Source of the DNA: a virus | Virus record (IMG/VR): IMGVR_UViG_3300043353_000042 | Span: 1-64,000 of that record | Reading direction: 5' to 3' (one strand) | DNA length: 64,000 nt | Part shown: positions 9,296 to 20,300 of the stretch, in pieces | Position numbering within the stretch: the stretch's first letter is position 1 | Layout of the letters: each line of letters opens with the position of its first letter | The notes under the pieces: model-generated | The model's database searches: none | What the model was told of the DNA's origin: nothing | What the model saw: the letters and a program-made list of their open reading frames with translations, nothing else | Translations under genes and position numbers: made by a program

Positions 9296-10097
9296 CATTG
9301 GTGACAGATGGGCATGCGCTTCTGATTGGCTCGCGACAAGCGGGTCGCCTTGGCTCGTGTTTCTGTGCGACGCGTTCGAGGCGATGAAGCTCATGCCTGA
9401 CGGCGTGGTCGACCTCGTCGTGACCGACCCGCCCTATGCCTCGCTCGAAAAGTACCGAGACAGCAAGGCGCGCATTCGCAAGTACGAGCGAGAGAAGGCC
9501 GCGGGCACGCTCACGGGCACGCGCATACCGCGCCTGCGCGAGTGGTTCCCCATCATGCCGAATGAACGCTTCCCGGAGCTCTTAGCCGAGCTCTATCGCG
9601 TGATGGCGCCGGACTCTCACTGCTACATTTTCTGCGACGACGAAACGAGCGACGTGATCAAGGCCGCATGCGTCGCGATGGCGGCCGAGCGTGGCGACAA
9701 AGGCGCTTTCACATGGTGGAAGCGCATCGTGTGGGACAAGCTTCACCGCGGGCAGGGCTACCACTATCCGAATCAACACGAGTTCGTCGTGTTCCTCGAA
9801 AAGGGCAAGCGCAAGCTCACTGGCCACAGTCACACGTCGGTGCTCGCGTGCAAGCGCGTGTCGAAGGGCTCGCTCGGTGGTCGCTTGCCGGGCCCGACCG
9901 AGAAGCCGGTCAGTCTGATCGCGAAGCTGATCGAAAACAGCTCGAAGCCCGACGAGCTCGTCTTCGATCCGTTCTGTGGTCGAGGTGCCACGGGTGTCGC
10001 GGCGCTCTTCGCCAAGCGACAGTTTCTAGGGCTCGACGTGCAGCGCAAGGCCGTGCGGATCTCGCGTGGGCGCCTACGCCACGTCGAAGCCGCGTAA
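9252..10097 (+). CDS. DNA N6-adenine/N4-cytosine methyltransferase (beta class)
   Basis: Motif IV VVTDPPYAS precedes motif I FDPFCGRGATG. Start ambiguous (ATG 9252 or in-frame GTG 9357). Confidence 0.85.
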   Translation: MMTTATTATAKTRSDIGDRWACASDWLATSGSPWLVFLCDAFEAMKLMPDGVVDLVVTDPPYASLEKYRDSKARIRKYEREKAAGTLTGTRIPRLREWFPIMPNERFPELLAELYRVMAPDSHCYIFCDDETSDVIKAACVAMAAERGDKGAFTWWKRIVWDKLHRGQGYHYPNQHEFVVFLEKGKRKLTGHSHTSVLACKRVSKGSLGGRLPGPTEKPVSLIAKLIENSSKPDELVFDPFCGRGATGVAALFAKRQFLGLDVQRKAVRISRGRLRHVEAA

Positions 10098-10116
10098 GCG
10101 AGAGGGCGAGGGCAGA

Positions 10117-10269
10117 ATGAGCACAGACCAACTACCCGAGATTCTTCCGCGAGAACGGCGCCGCCGAACGCGTACGCCGCTCGACGCTGTCGCAGCTCGA
10201 AAGCGCAAGGTGAAGTCTCGAGAGGCAGCGAAGGCCGCGCACGCCTCGCGCAAGAAGCAGCGGCGCTGA
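10117..10269 (+). CDS. small highly basic protein
   Basis: 50 aa, Arg/Lys-rich. GAGGGCGAGGG Shine-Dalgarno-like stretch precedes the ATG at 10117. Confidence 0.4.
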   Translation: MSTDQLPEILPRERRRRTRTPLDAVAARKRKVKSREAAKAAHASRKKQRR

Positions 10270-10270
10270 A

Positions 10271-11317
10271 GTGCGCTTCGACATCGAAGACTATGTGAAC
10301 GCGAATCTAACGAACGCGAAAGCCGTTCAAGCGGGCAACGGCAACGAGATGACCGCTGTGTGCCCGGCTTGCGACCGATACGGCGGATTCTACATCAACA
10401 CCGAAACGGGCGCCTTCGTGTGTTGGAAGTGCGACTTTCGTGCGCACACGGTCGTAGGGCTCGTCGCGCAGGTCGAGGATATTTCGTGGTCCGAGGCGCG
10501 CGGATTCATCTTCACGCGCTCGGTCAAGCTCCGGCGCAAGCAAGACGTGTTCTCGCTGGCCGATCGCGTGCGCGCGCTTCGGCCACACGCGATCGTCGAA
10601 GATGAAGACGAGCCCAATGTCAATGTGGAGCTGCCCGAATACTACGTGCAGATCTACGACCCGAAGCGCGACCCGGAGTGGCAGCTTCCCCGGTACCTGA
10701 AAGAACGTGGCGTGAAGCCGCGCACGGCGCGCGCGTGGGGCCTTGGGTACTGCCGCAAGGGCAGGTATGGCGACCGGCTGGTCATCCCCATCGACTGCCC
10801 GGCTGGCGTCTCCTGGACGGCGCGCGCCATGTCCGACGACGTCTTCGGGCCGAAGTACCTCAATCCGCCCGGGGCCGACCATCGGCGCTTGCTGATCGGC
10901 TGGCACGTGTCGCGCGTGACGGGCGACATCGTGCTGTGCGAAGGGCCGCTCGACGCGGTGCGCCTGTACCAGCACGACCTGCCTGCGCTGGCGCTCGGTG
11001 GCAAGGAACTGCACGACGAACAGCTGTCGATGCTCCGGGCGCTACCTGCCAAGGCCGCGGTGACGATCATGCTCGACCCCGAAGAAGAAGTCGCGCCCTA
11101 TAAACTGGCCGAGCGGCTGTCGTTGCACTTCGAAAGCATCTACATCGCCAAGCTTCCGAAGAAGACCGCCGACGGCAAGAAGCTCGACCCCGGGGAGTCG
11201 ACGCGCGCGCAAGCCCACACGGCCGTGGACGACGCAGTTCAGTGGAGGTCTTCGCGCGGCTCGCGAGTTGCGGCGATTGTCCGACAAGCCGGAAAAACTT
11301 GGCGAAAAAGGCTGTGA
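10271..11317 (+). CDS. DNA primase (zinc ribbon plus TOPRIM)
   Basis: CPACDRYGGFYINTETGAFVCWKCDF zinc ribbon. TOPRIM-like IVLCEGPLDAVRL and IMLDPEEE. Confidence 0.75.
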   Translation: MRFDIEDYVNANLTNAKAVQAGNGNEMTAVCPACDRYGGFYINTETGAFVCWKCDFRAHTVVGLVAQVEDISWSEARGFIFTRSVKLRRKQDVFSLADRVRALRPHAIVEDEDEPNVNVELPEYYVQIYDPKRDPEWQLPRYLKERGVKPRTARAWGLGYCRKGRYGDRLVIPIDCPAGVSWTARAMSDDVFGPKYLNPPGADHRRLLIGWHVSRVTGDIVLCEGPLDAVRLYQHDLPALALGGKELHDEQLSMLRALPAKAAVTIMLDPEEEVAPYKLAERLSLHFESIYIAKLPKKTADGKKLDPGESTRAQAHTAVDDAVQWRSSRGSRVAAIVRQAGKTWRKRL

Positions 11318-11326
11318 GTTGAAGGA

Positions 11327-11346
11327 CTATCGGCGGTTTCCGATAG
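11327..11346 (+). terminator. hairpin after the primase gene
   Basis: CTATCGG-CGGTTT-CCGATAG: 7-bp stem, 6-nt loop, no clear T-tract. Confidence 0.3.
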
Positions 11347-11410
11347 ATGACCTCACGCGCGTACACGATTCAAGACATAGTGAAAATGCCTATGCGTGTA
11401 TCTTGCATTT

Positions 11411-11450
11411 CAGCACGTGTTGAAGCGACTAGGTATTCTCCTATATTGTA
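11411..11450 (+). promoter_or_regulatory. partial promoter-cassette motif (P0) ahead of the AAA+/VWA/sigma operon
   Basis: CAGCACGTGTTGAAGCGACTAGGTATTCTCCTATATT shares the GTTGAAGCGA core (11419-11428). -10 register unclear. Sits in an AT-richer 210-bp gap. Confidence 0.3.
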
Positions 11451-11529
11451 GGGGAAGCACCCAGACGCTTGACCCTCATGTGGCGATTGCGTTATCACGC
11501 GGCCCCCTCTTGAGAGATCGGCCGACACC

Positions 11530-12639
11530 ATGGGAAGCGCAAGGCAGCGTCACGACGATCGTGGTCGCGAGAAAGTGCAGTGCCGCGATTGCTCGCTTTG
11601 GTACCACCGACTCGATCTGCACGTCGCTTCGAGGCACGACGGGATCGATGCATATGCGTTGCGACACGTGGGCGCGCCATTGCTGTCAGAGAGTGCACGA
11701 CGAAAGGTAACGTCGGCGTCCGATGACCGCTCGTTCAAGTTTGGGATCGCGCGCATGGGCATGCGCGACAACGACGAATACTCGGCCCGCTATGTGCCGA
11801 CGCACGACGAAGACTGGACGCTAGGGGAGGTCGAACGCGAAGCGCTCGACGCGCTGGCGCTCGCGATCGAAGACGACGAAAACGTCCTAATTGTGGGACC
11901 ACCGGGGGTCGGCAAGTCGACGCTGGTCAAGGAGCTCGGGGCCATCACGAATACGCCCGTGCGCCGGCTTCCGTTCCGTGGAGACATGCGGGTTAGCGAC
12001 CTGATCGGCGCGAAGTCACTTTCGGTCGACGAGGCAAGCGGACAGTCGGTGACGAAGTACGAGCCCGGAGTGCTGCCCGATGCAGCGAGTCGTGGTCATT
12101 GGCTTCTGATTGACGAGATTGACGCGGGCCCGGCTGAAGTCATGTTCACGCTCTTTCCCGTCTTGGAGGCGAACCGCTCGCTCGTGTTGACGGCGGACAG
12201 GGGCGGTCAAGAAGTTGCTTTTGACCCGCGCTTTCGTTTCATCGGCACAGCCAACACGCTCGGATGGGGCGACGAGTCGGGTTTGTACGCTGGCACGTCG
12301 CCTATGAACGAAGCATTGCTCGACCGCTTCCACACGGTGATTATGCTCGGCTATCCTGATCCGTCGAGCGAAGTGCGTCGGCTCGTTCAGGTGTCGAGCA
12401 TCGCGGGCGGTATCGCTGAGAAGATGGTGGCGGCGGCGACCAAGATTCGCGAGGCGCAGCAACGCGACGCGATGGCGGCGAGCTTCTCACCTCGCCGGCT
12501 AATCATGTGGGCGCGCAAGGCTGTGCGGATGGGCGACCCGGTTCGGGCTGCGCGCTACACGGTGACGAACCGGCTGCCTCGTGACGAAAGCGTCTTTGTG
12601 AACGGGATCATTCAGCGCCACTTCGGAGGCGCGCTCTAG
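11530..12639 (+). CDS. AAA+ ATPase, MoxR/CobS-like
   Basis: Walker A LIVGPPGVGKST, Walker B WLLIDEIDAG. N-terminal Cys/His cluster CRDCSLWYHRLDLHVASRH. Confidence 0.7.
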   Translation: MGSARQRHDDRGREKVQCRDCSLWYHRLDLHVASRHDGIDAYALRHVGAPLLSESARRKVTSASDDRSFKFGIARMGMRDNDEYSARYVPTHDEDWTLGEVEREALDALALAIEDDENVLIVGPPGVGKSTLVKELGAITNTPVRRLPFRGDMRVSDLIGAKSLSVDEASGQSVTKYEPGVLPDAASRGHWLLIDEIDAGPAEVMFTLFPVLEANRSLVLTADRGGQEVAFDPRFRFIGTANTLGWGDESGLYAGTSPMNEALLDRFHTVIMLGYPDPSSEVRRLVQVSSIAGGIAEKMVAAATKIREAQQRDAMAASFSPRRLIMWARKAVRMGDPVRAARYTVTNRLPRDESVFVNGIIQRHFGGAL

Positions 12640-12640
12640 C

Positions 12641-14389
12641 ATGGCCAAAGTCTGTTCCGAGCTCGTCGGGTTGGCTGGTCCGTTCACGCGCATCGCGCGC
12701 GCGATGTCGGCTGAATGGGGCGTGCGCATCGTGCCATCGGGCTCGCGCTGCGACACCGACGGCGAGATGATTCGTATCCCGTTCACGGCCGACTTCTTGC
12801 CGCGCGAAATGCGACAGGCGCTGCACGGCATGCTCGATCACGAAGTGTGTCACGTGGCCGAAGAGCGACGACACCGGAAGATGTCGCGCGCCACACCGGT
12901 CGAGATGCTTCGCGCGGAAACCGACAAGCGTCTTCAGCTGCTATTCAACGTCGTCGAAGACGTGCGGATCGAGAAGCGCTACAGCAGAGAGTACGTCGGC
13001 GTGGCGCAGAATTTGGCCGTGCTGAACCTGCAGGCCGCGGGCGACTGGGCAGCGAAGAACCACGGCGCAGGATGGTGGAAGAAGTTTTCGGCTGCACTGA
13101 TCTTGATTGCGCATGGGCTTGACGCGACGTGGGCCGAAGACGAGTTCGGTGCCTACTTGCGCTTGGTCGGTGACGAGCTCGACCAAATGCGTAGAGGTGT
13201 CGGCGAGTGGGGCGATGCGTCGCTCGACGTGGCGCGACGCATCTTCGACAAGGTGAAGCAGAAGCACGAAGACGCGAAGCCGAAGCCGCCGAAGAGCGAC
13301 GAGAAGAATGACGACGAAGGCGAGGGGGGCGACGGCGACGAAGGCGAAGAGAGTGACGGCAAAGGCGACGAAGAGAACCCCGACGACGAGCCTGATAGCG
13401 CCGACATGCTCGAAGCGATCCGCAAAGGAATCGAAGATTACGTCGTACACGACGCGGTCGCGAATCACCGCTATGTGCCGCACCCGAAGGCTCAAGCGCT
13501 CGACGCAGTCGGTCAGGCCGAATCGAACTTGGGGGTATACACGAGCGCGCGCGCAGAGGTGTTACCGCAGATCCGCGTGCTGCGTCAGAAGCAACGCGCG
13601 CTCGTGTCGGCATGGGCTCGCAGGCGCGTGCGCCCGGGGCTCGACCGTGGCGATATCGACGAGCACGTGCTCGCGGGCGTGCGCACGGGCGAAACCGACC
13701 TATTCTCAGAGTTGACGCGAAAGCGTGTTTTGAACACGGCGATCACGGGGCTCGTCGACTTCTCCGGATCGATGGGCGCCGATAACCGGATGCCGGACAA
13801 CGGCTCCTACTACGCGCTGCGCACGGCGGTCGCGCTGGCGGAGTCGTGGTCGGCGCTGGGAATCGCGAACGAGTGGTTAGGCTTCACAGTGCAAGATCCG
13901 GTGTTGACCGGCATCACGATCGAAGACCTCGCCTCGCATTACTTCTGCAGGCCGCCGCTGCAGCACATCGTGATCAAGGCGTTCGGCGATACGATGCGCG
14001 AGGCGTGCGCGCGCTTCGGCGGCATCAAGGGCAGTGGTAGCAACGTCGACGGCGAAGCTGTGATTTGGGCATGGCGACGGTTGATCGCGCGACGCGAGGC
14101 GCGCAAGATACTCGTCGTCATCAGCGACGGTCAGCCTGCGTCGTGGAATGGCTGCGTGGACAAGCAAGAGTTCGCGGACGATGTCGCCTTGCAAACGCAC
14201 TTGCGCGACGCGGTTCGCATGGTGACCAAGTCGGGTGTCGAGGTCATTGGCATCGGCGCAGGAACCGACTGCCCGCGCGCGTTCTACAACTCCGACACCG
14301 GGGCGAAGTTCGTTTACGTGCGCAGCATCGCGACGCTTGCGATGGACGTCTTCAGGGTCATGAAGCAGCGTGTAACAGATCTGGCATAA
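12641..14389 (+). CDS. VWA-domain protein, CobT-like partner of the AAA+ ATPase
   Basis: MIDAS motif VDFSGSMG, central acidic stretch, C-terminal VWA-like VVISDGQP. Confidence 0.65.
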   Translation: MAKVCSELVGLAGPFTRIARAMSAEWGVRIVPSGSRCDTDGEMIRIPFTADFLPREMRQALHGMLDHEVCHVAEERRHRKMSRATPVEMLRAETDKRLQLLFNVVEDVRIEKRYSREYVGVAQNLAVLNLQAAGDWAAKNHGAGWWKKFSAALILIAHGLDATWAEDEFGAYLRLVGDELDQMRRGVGEWGDASLDVARRIFDKVKQKHEDAKPKPPKSDEKNDDEGEGGDGDEGEESDGKGDEENPDDEPDSADMLEAIRKGIEDYVVHDAVANHRYVPHPKAQALDAVGQAESNLGVYTSARAEVLPQIRVLRQKQRALVSAWARRRVRPGLDRGDIDEHVLAGVRTGETDLFSELTRKRVLNTAITGLVDFSGSMGADNRMPDNGSYYALRTAVALAESWSALGIANEWLGFTVQDPVLTGITIEDLASHYFCRPPLQHIVIKAFGDTMREACARFGGIKGSGSNVDGEAVIWAWRRLIARREARKILVVISDGQPASWNGCVDKQEFADDVALQTHLRDAVRMVTKSGVEVIGIGAGTDCPRAFYNSDTGAKFVYVRSIATLAMDVFRVMKQRVTDLA

Positions 14390-14405
14390 AGGGCCTTTGC
14401 ATTGC

Positions 14406-15137
14406 ATGGACTACCAAGACGCGATCTATCGGAAGGCTGAAGCGATGGTCAGGCCGATCTTGGAGTCGAATGCGAAGCGCTTCGCGCGACAACTCGACAT
14501 GACCTACGCCGAGTCCCTGCAGGAGGCGCGCTACGGGCTCGTGCTCGCGCTGCGCGAATACGACTACAACGCCTCGAAGGGCGGGATCTTCAACTTCGTG
14601 AAGGTGGCCGTGCGTCGCCACTTCTTGAAGGCATGGGCAGTGCATCGGACACAGGCGCGACGTCCGCACGTGCAGGTGACGGCGGAAGATGGCAAGCGCG
14701 TGTCGCTTCCGGTGCCGTTCGTCACGGACAGCGTGCAGGGCCGCGACGTTTTCCGGAGCACGGGCGCAGGCGCGTCTGACTTCATGGACTCGTTCGAGTC
14801 GGCTCTTTCAGCGCCCGATTCGATGCTCATAGAGATCGACGAAAACACAACCACGTCGGCATTCCAGGCCGCGCTTGAAAACGCATTGAGCGAGCGTGAC
14901 AGGCAGGTATTGCTGTGCAAGCACGACCCGCCCCGGGGCTTGCGCATGCTCATGCTGGACGACCTGACCGACGAGCCGACGATTCCGCTGATCGGGCGCT
15001 ACTTAGGTCTGTCGAAGAACGAAGTCGATTGGGCTCTTCGGCGCATTCGTGAGGCCGCACTCTCGCTCATGGGGCGAGATTTCAGCGACCTGACCGACCT
15101 GTCGATAGTTCGGGCCTATGTCGAAAGAAGGCCGTGA
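14406..15137 (+). CDS. sigma-70-family (ECF-like) sigma factor candidate
   Basis: Region-2-like EARYGLVLALREYDYNASKGGIFNFVKVAVRRHF. Region-4-like HTH IPLIGRYLGLSKNEVDWALRRIREAA. Confidence 0.6.
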   Translation: MDYQDAIYRKAEAMVRPILESNAKRFARQLDMTYAESLQEARYGLVLALREYDYNASKGGIFNFVKVAVRRHFLKAWAVHRTQARRPHVQVTAEDGKRVSLPVPFVTDSVQGRDVFRSTGAGASDFMDSFESALSAPDSMLIEIDENTTTSAFQAALENALSERDRQVLLCKHDPPRGLRMLMLDDLTDEPTIPLIGRYLGLSKNEVDWALRRIREAALSLMGRDFSDLTDLSIVRAYVERRP

Positions 15138-16063
15138 CTGACGCGACGACGGTAGATTTCGGGCGAAAGCTGCCCGTGTGCCTGCGCAAGTACGACCGGG
15201 GCAATCCGGAGTGCGACGGGCGCGCGCGTGCGCGGACGCCCGAAGAGCGCATGCCCTGCGTCTACCGTGACCGGTGCGTGGCGCTACAGCGCTTGGTTCG
15301 CGTCAAGGGGCACAAGGCCCGCGACTTGCTCAAGCTCCGGAAGGTGCGCGACACGGACGGCAAGCGCCGGGTGTACGCATTCGCCGTCGGCGAGAGTGAG
15401 GCCTTTCAGTCGTGGCTCGTGCGCGCGATCGATCGGTACGGGATCCGAAACGGGCGAATCACGATTCGTCATCCCGACGAAGACACGCCACGCAAGCCGC
15501 GCAAGATCCGCAACCGGAGCGAAGAGAGCAAGGAAAAGAGCACCCGCGCGCTCGTGAAGGCGCGACAGTTTGCGACGCGTGCGCTCCGAGAAAAAGCGCG
15601 CGAAGATCTCGGCGCAACGCGCACGCTCTTGCAGTGGTTCGTGTCACGCTTGCAGCGTGCGACGCGACGCGCGCTTGCGACTGATCAGGCGAGCGCGGAG
15701 GTTGGTCAGATGTTTTTGATCGATCGGGTCGAGTCGTCTCGTTACGTGACGCTGTACGCCAAGGTGATCAAGCGGGGGCCGAACGGTAGTCGCAAGCGCC
15801 TTTCGAGGCGCCCGATCGCGTGCATCGTGCTCGCTGTGCGCACGCACAGCTTGCAGTTTCGCTTTCCGTTCGACCGTGAATCATTCGAGGCGCTCTTGCC
15901 TGCGCAGGCGATCAAGAAGGTTGTTCCCGCGGAATTCATCGAAGGGAGGTTCCGATCGCGTACGTGTCAGGTGGGCAAGGAAGGAGCTTCGCTTGCCGCG
16001 GAGGTGATTGCGCGTGCACTCAACAAAGGTATTATCCGGCTGCCGAAGGCCCTCGCGCCATAG
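15134..16063 (+). CDS. hypothetical basic protein
   Basis: 309-aa ORF. GTGA overlap with the sigma-like gene. N-terminal Cys cluster. Confidence 0.5.
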   Translation: MTDATTVDFGRKLPVCLRKYDRGNPECDGRARARTPEERMPCVYRDRCVALQRLVRVKGHKARDLLKLRKVRDTDGKRRVYAFAVGESEAFQSWLVRAIDRYGIRNGRITIRHPDEDTPRKPRKIRNRSEESKEKSTRALVKARQFATRALREKAREDLGATRTLLQWFVSRLQRATRRALATDQASAEVGQMFLIDRVESSRYVTLYAKVIKRGPNGSRKRLSRRPIACIVLAVRTHSLQFRFPFDRESFEALLPAQAIKKVVPAEFIEGRFRSRTCQVGKEGASLAAEVIARALNKGIIRLPKALAP

Positions 16064-16149
16064 GCGCTGGTCGTCGTGCCGGCTGCGCGTAGGGCTCTTG
16101 GCCGATCTCGCGTGTCAGCTCGGCACGGCGATTCATTTCGAAGGGCACG

Positions 16150-17049
16150 ATGCGCGTCTGCATTAGCGGAGGCGACGTTGTCGGCCTGATTGCGGCTCAC
16201 CTGTGCCGCGCGCGTGGCCATTCGGTCGTGCTTGTCGAGCGTTCATTGACGCTCGGTCAGTGCGCTTATCTGCCGACGTTCAAATTTCTCGAACGCTCGC
16301 ACGAAGTGCTGACGTTGCTCGATGGGCTCGGAGTCGTCTACGGGGAATACACGCTTGCTGTGGGCTTACTCGAAAAGGGCAAGGTCGAGACGTGCCCGCG
16401 CAAGGTGTCCGACGCCGTGCATCACGCGCACTGGCGCAAGACGCGTCTGACGGCAATGCCCGTGGGCGCGGTCGGGCTCGCCGATCCGGAAGTAGCTTCG
16501 AAGCGCTATGCGGTGTCGTTCGACTGGCACGATCTGGTCAAGCGCCTGTCGGCCGGGCTCACAGTCGCGCGCGAGCTCGGTGCGCTGGCGACTTCGGCGG
16601 ATCTAGTGTTGGAAACATTGCCGCTGTGGGAATCGCGCTTGGTGAGGCAGGAAGGCGCGTGCGACGCCATGGCTGTCGCACTGAATCTATTGCCTGTGCG
16701 CGCTAGCAAGGATCGCTATCTGCGATGGGACGTCATCTACACGCCACACACTCCGGGCAACGCGATCCATCGGCTGTACCACGGCGAAGAAAGCGGCTAC
16801 GTGTGCGAGTTCAGCGGGGTCGTTTCCGAAGACGCGGTGACTTCTGACTTGAACTATCTCTTCCCCGATGGGTGGCACGCAGAAGGCGCCATGGCGACGA
16901 CGTACGGTAAACTTGTCGCCTTGCAAGAGCGCCCGGCATGGGCGCCCAGAGTGCGTCCGGTTGGTCGCATGGCCCAATGGGACGAAACGGTGTCGGCGAC
17001 ACGCGTGATCCGGGAAGTGGTCGAGGGGATCGGCCATGCCCACGCTTGA
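16150..17049 (+). CDS. hypothetical protein with degenerate N-terminal dinucleotide-binding-like motif
   Basis: MRVCISGGDVVGLIAAHLCRARGHSVVLVE resembles a beta-alpha-beta Rossmann start, but GxGxxG is imperfect. Confidence 0.35.
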   Translation: MRVCISGGDVVGLIAAHLCRARGHSVVLVERSLTLGQCAYLPTFKFLERSHEVLTLLDGLGVVYGEYTLAVGLLEKGKVETCPRKVSDAVHHAHWRKTRLTAMPVGAVGLADPEVASKRYAVSFDWHDLVKRLSAGLTVARELGALATSADLVLETLPLWESRLVRQEGACDAMAVALNLLPVRASKDRYLRWDVIYTPHTPGNAIHRLYHGEESGYVCEFSGVVSEDAVTSDLNYLFPDGWHAEGAMATTYGKLVALQERPAWAPRVRPVGRMAQWDETVSATRVIREVVEGIGHAHA

Positions 17050-17350
17050 CGAGCTGCGTCGATGGGCGCGCGGTGAGACGGTTGAGGGGCTTCCACCGAT
17101 CGCGCCGCGTAAGGAGGTCGAGCGCCCGAAGCTCGACCCTACGGGCCGGCTAAGCCGCAAGTACAAGCTGAATGCGGACGCGACCGACGCGCTCTTGCAG
17201 TTCGGCGCGTTTCGCGGGCAAGCGCTGTCGGTGCTCGTTGCCACGGCGCGCGGGCGCAAGTACCTCGCTTGGATCCTCGATAGGGATTTCGACGACGACC
17301 TGAAGTCAGTGTGTCGGTACCAAATGGAGCTACACAAGCGTGTCACATAA
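17036..17350 (+). CDS. hypothetical protein
   Basis: 104-aa ORF overlapping both neighbours. FGAFRGQALS...GRKYLAWIL weakly resembles small domains found near exonuclease/polymerase genes. Confidence 0.4.
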   Translation: MPTLDELRRWARGETVEGLPPIAPRKEVERPKLDPTGRLSRKYKLNADATDALLQFGAFRGQALSVLVATARGRKYLAWILDRDFDDDLKSVCRYQMELHKRVT

Positions 17351-20300
17351 GACCGAAGACTTCGTTCACCTGCACACGCACTCGGACATGTCACAGCTCG
17401 ACGGCTGCGGACGAATCGGCGACTACGTGAAGGTGGCCAAGGCGCGCGGGAATCCGGCGCTTGCGTTCACCGAACACGGGTCGATGCGCGGCTACTTGCA
17501 GCTGCGCAAGGAGGCCGAGAAGCACGAGATCAAACCGATCTACGGAATCGAGTTCTACGTTAGTCGCGACATGCACCGAAAGGGCCTGACCGACGACGAG
17601 AAAAAGACGCTTCTGACAGGGGTGAAGAAGAACGATCGGCGCACGACGCAGCGCGCGTACGAAGAGCGCGAGGGCATTCGCGATCGCTGGCACACGACGT
17701 GTTGGGCGCTCACGCAAGAAGGCATGCTGAACCTGCAGCGGCTGTCGAGCGCAGCCTATGTCGAAGGGTTCTACTACAAGCCGCGGGTCGACCTCGACGC
17801 GCTGTGTCGCTACAACGAGGGGCTTGCGATATCGACCGGCTGTCTGAACGGACCGGCGCACGACGGCTTCTTGCAGGGTCGAAGGCGCGACGCGATCAAC
17901 TTCGTCGACCGCTTGCGCGAAGCCTACGGCGACCGCCTCTATCACGAGATTCAGCCGCACGCGATCGCCGATCAGGCGCGCGTGAACGAGTTCGAGCTGA
18001 CGCTTCGTGAGCGCACGGGCGGCAAGCTTCTCGCCACGCAAGACGCGCACTATGTGAACCCCGAAGACGCCGACGCACACGACCTGCTTTTGTGTATCGG
18101 CACGGGCGCGAAGGTGAGCGACGTCGACCGCTTCCGGTTTGACGGCGACGAATTCTATTTTCGAACACGGGCGCAAATGCGCGACGCCTTCATCCGACAC
18201 CACGGCTACCTGCGAAAGTCGCACATCAGGGAAGCGCTCGACTCGACGATCGAGCTCGCTGAACGCAGCGACGTCAAGATCGAGATCGACTACATGCGGG
18301 CGCTTCTGCCAACGCCCGGCATGCCGAAGAAGTACGACGGGGACGAGTTCGCCTTCTTGAAAGACATTTGCCTCGATGGCTGGACGTGGCGCGGCATCCC
18401 TGCACGCGCTCGCTCATACGCGTACAAGCACGGCATCGGCGCGGGCGATGCGCTCGGACGCTATGCGACGCGGCTGAAGACCGAGCTCACGGCACTGAAG
18501 CGCCAGCGCTTGATTCTGTATTTTCTCGTCGTGCGCGACCTGTACGCGTTCGCGCGCAAAGAACAGATCTTCTGTGGGCCGGGTCGCGGAAGCGCGGGCG
18601 GGTCGCTCGTCGCTTACTTGCTCGGCATCACATCGATCGATCCGATCGAGCATGGCCTTCTGTTCGAGCGCTTCATCAATCCGGATCGCCACGACCTGCC
18701 CGACATCGATATGGACTTCGAAGACTCGCGACGTCGCGAGGTGATCGACTACCTCGTCGGCAAATACGGCAAGGACAAGGTGTGTCAGATCGCGACGGTC
18801 GGCCGGCTGTCCGGCAAGAGCGTCTTGCGCGACGTGTCGCGCGTGCTCGGTGTGCCGTTGCCCGAAGTGAATGCGATCAGCCCATCGATCCTCGAACGGC
18901 CGGACGGGCACCCGCGCGAATACAACACGCTCGAAGACTCGTTCAACGAGTTCGACGCATGCAAAGCGTTCGACAAGCGCTTCCCGAAGGTCCGCAAGTT
19001 CGCCTCGAAGCTCGAAGGCATGGCGAAGACGCTCGGTATCCATGCCGCGGGCGTCGTCGTCAGTCCGACAACGTTGACCGATTTGATCCCGCTCGAAATC
19101 CGTAAGCACAAGGGCGAAGACATCATCGTCAGCGCGATCGACATGAACGAGATCGCATCGGTCGGGCTCGTGAAGCTCGACGTGCTCGGCTTGCGCACGC
19201 TGACCGTGATCCGCGATTGCGTCAACGCAGTGAAGGAACGACACGAAGTCGCGCTCGACATGGAGCGGATCGAGATGAACGATCCGAAGGTGCTCGAACG
19301 TTTCACGGGGCACGACTTCGCGGGCGTGTTTCAGTACGACACCCCATCGGCGTACAAAATATGTGCCGACGTGATCTTCGAAGACTTCGAAGACATCGCA
19401 GCCATGACAGCGCTGAACCGCCCGGGCGCGACGCGGTCTGGCTTGGCCGAGCGCTACCTCGTTCGCAAGAAGGACGCGAGCAAGCGCGACGAGGTCGACT
19501 TTCACCCGATCATCAACGCGATCTGTGCCGACACGCTCGGTGTCATTGTCTATCAGGAGCACGTGATCAAGATCTTCACGGAGCTCGCCGGCTTCTCGCC
19601 CGGTGTCGCTGACGGGCTGCGTAAGGCCATCGGCAAGAAGAAGGCAGAAGAGCTCAAGGCCGCGCGTGTCGACTTCGTAGCGGGCTGCGAGAAGCTGCAC
19701 GGCATAGCGCCGAAGGTCGCGAACAAGATCTTCGGAGCGATCGAAGCGTTCGGCGCATACGGCTTCAACAAGAGCCATGCCACGGCGTACGCGACGATCG
19801 CGTATTGGTGCCAGTTCTTGAAGGTCTACTATCCGACCGAATTTTACTGGGCGCTCCTGCGCAACGAACCCGATCGCGCGCACCTGAAGGCGCTCGCTAA
19901 AGAGGCCAAGCGGGCAGGCATGCAGATCCTGAACCCGCACGTATCGTTCAGCCGTGACGTGTTCTCAATCGATCCGGACGGCAACATTCGCGGGTCGCTC
20001 GTCGACATCAAGGGCGTCGGCAAGGGCGCCGCTGCGACGGTCATGCAGTGTCAGCCGTTCAAGAGCTTTCTCGACTTCGCGCAACGGGTCGATCGGCGCC
20101 GCTGCAATCGCGGCGTGGTCGTCGTGCTGATCAAGGCGGGCGCGTTCGAGGGCTTGATCCCGAATCAGAAGTTTTTCGAAGAACACCTCGACGAGCTGTG
20201 GCGCTCGCTCACCAAGAAGCGCGCACGACGCGAAGCGATCTACGACTTTTGGGCGCGCGCGAAGGAGGCCGAAGACTACACGGCCGAAGAGCGCATGCTC

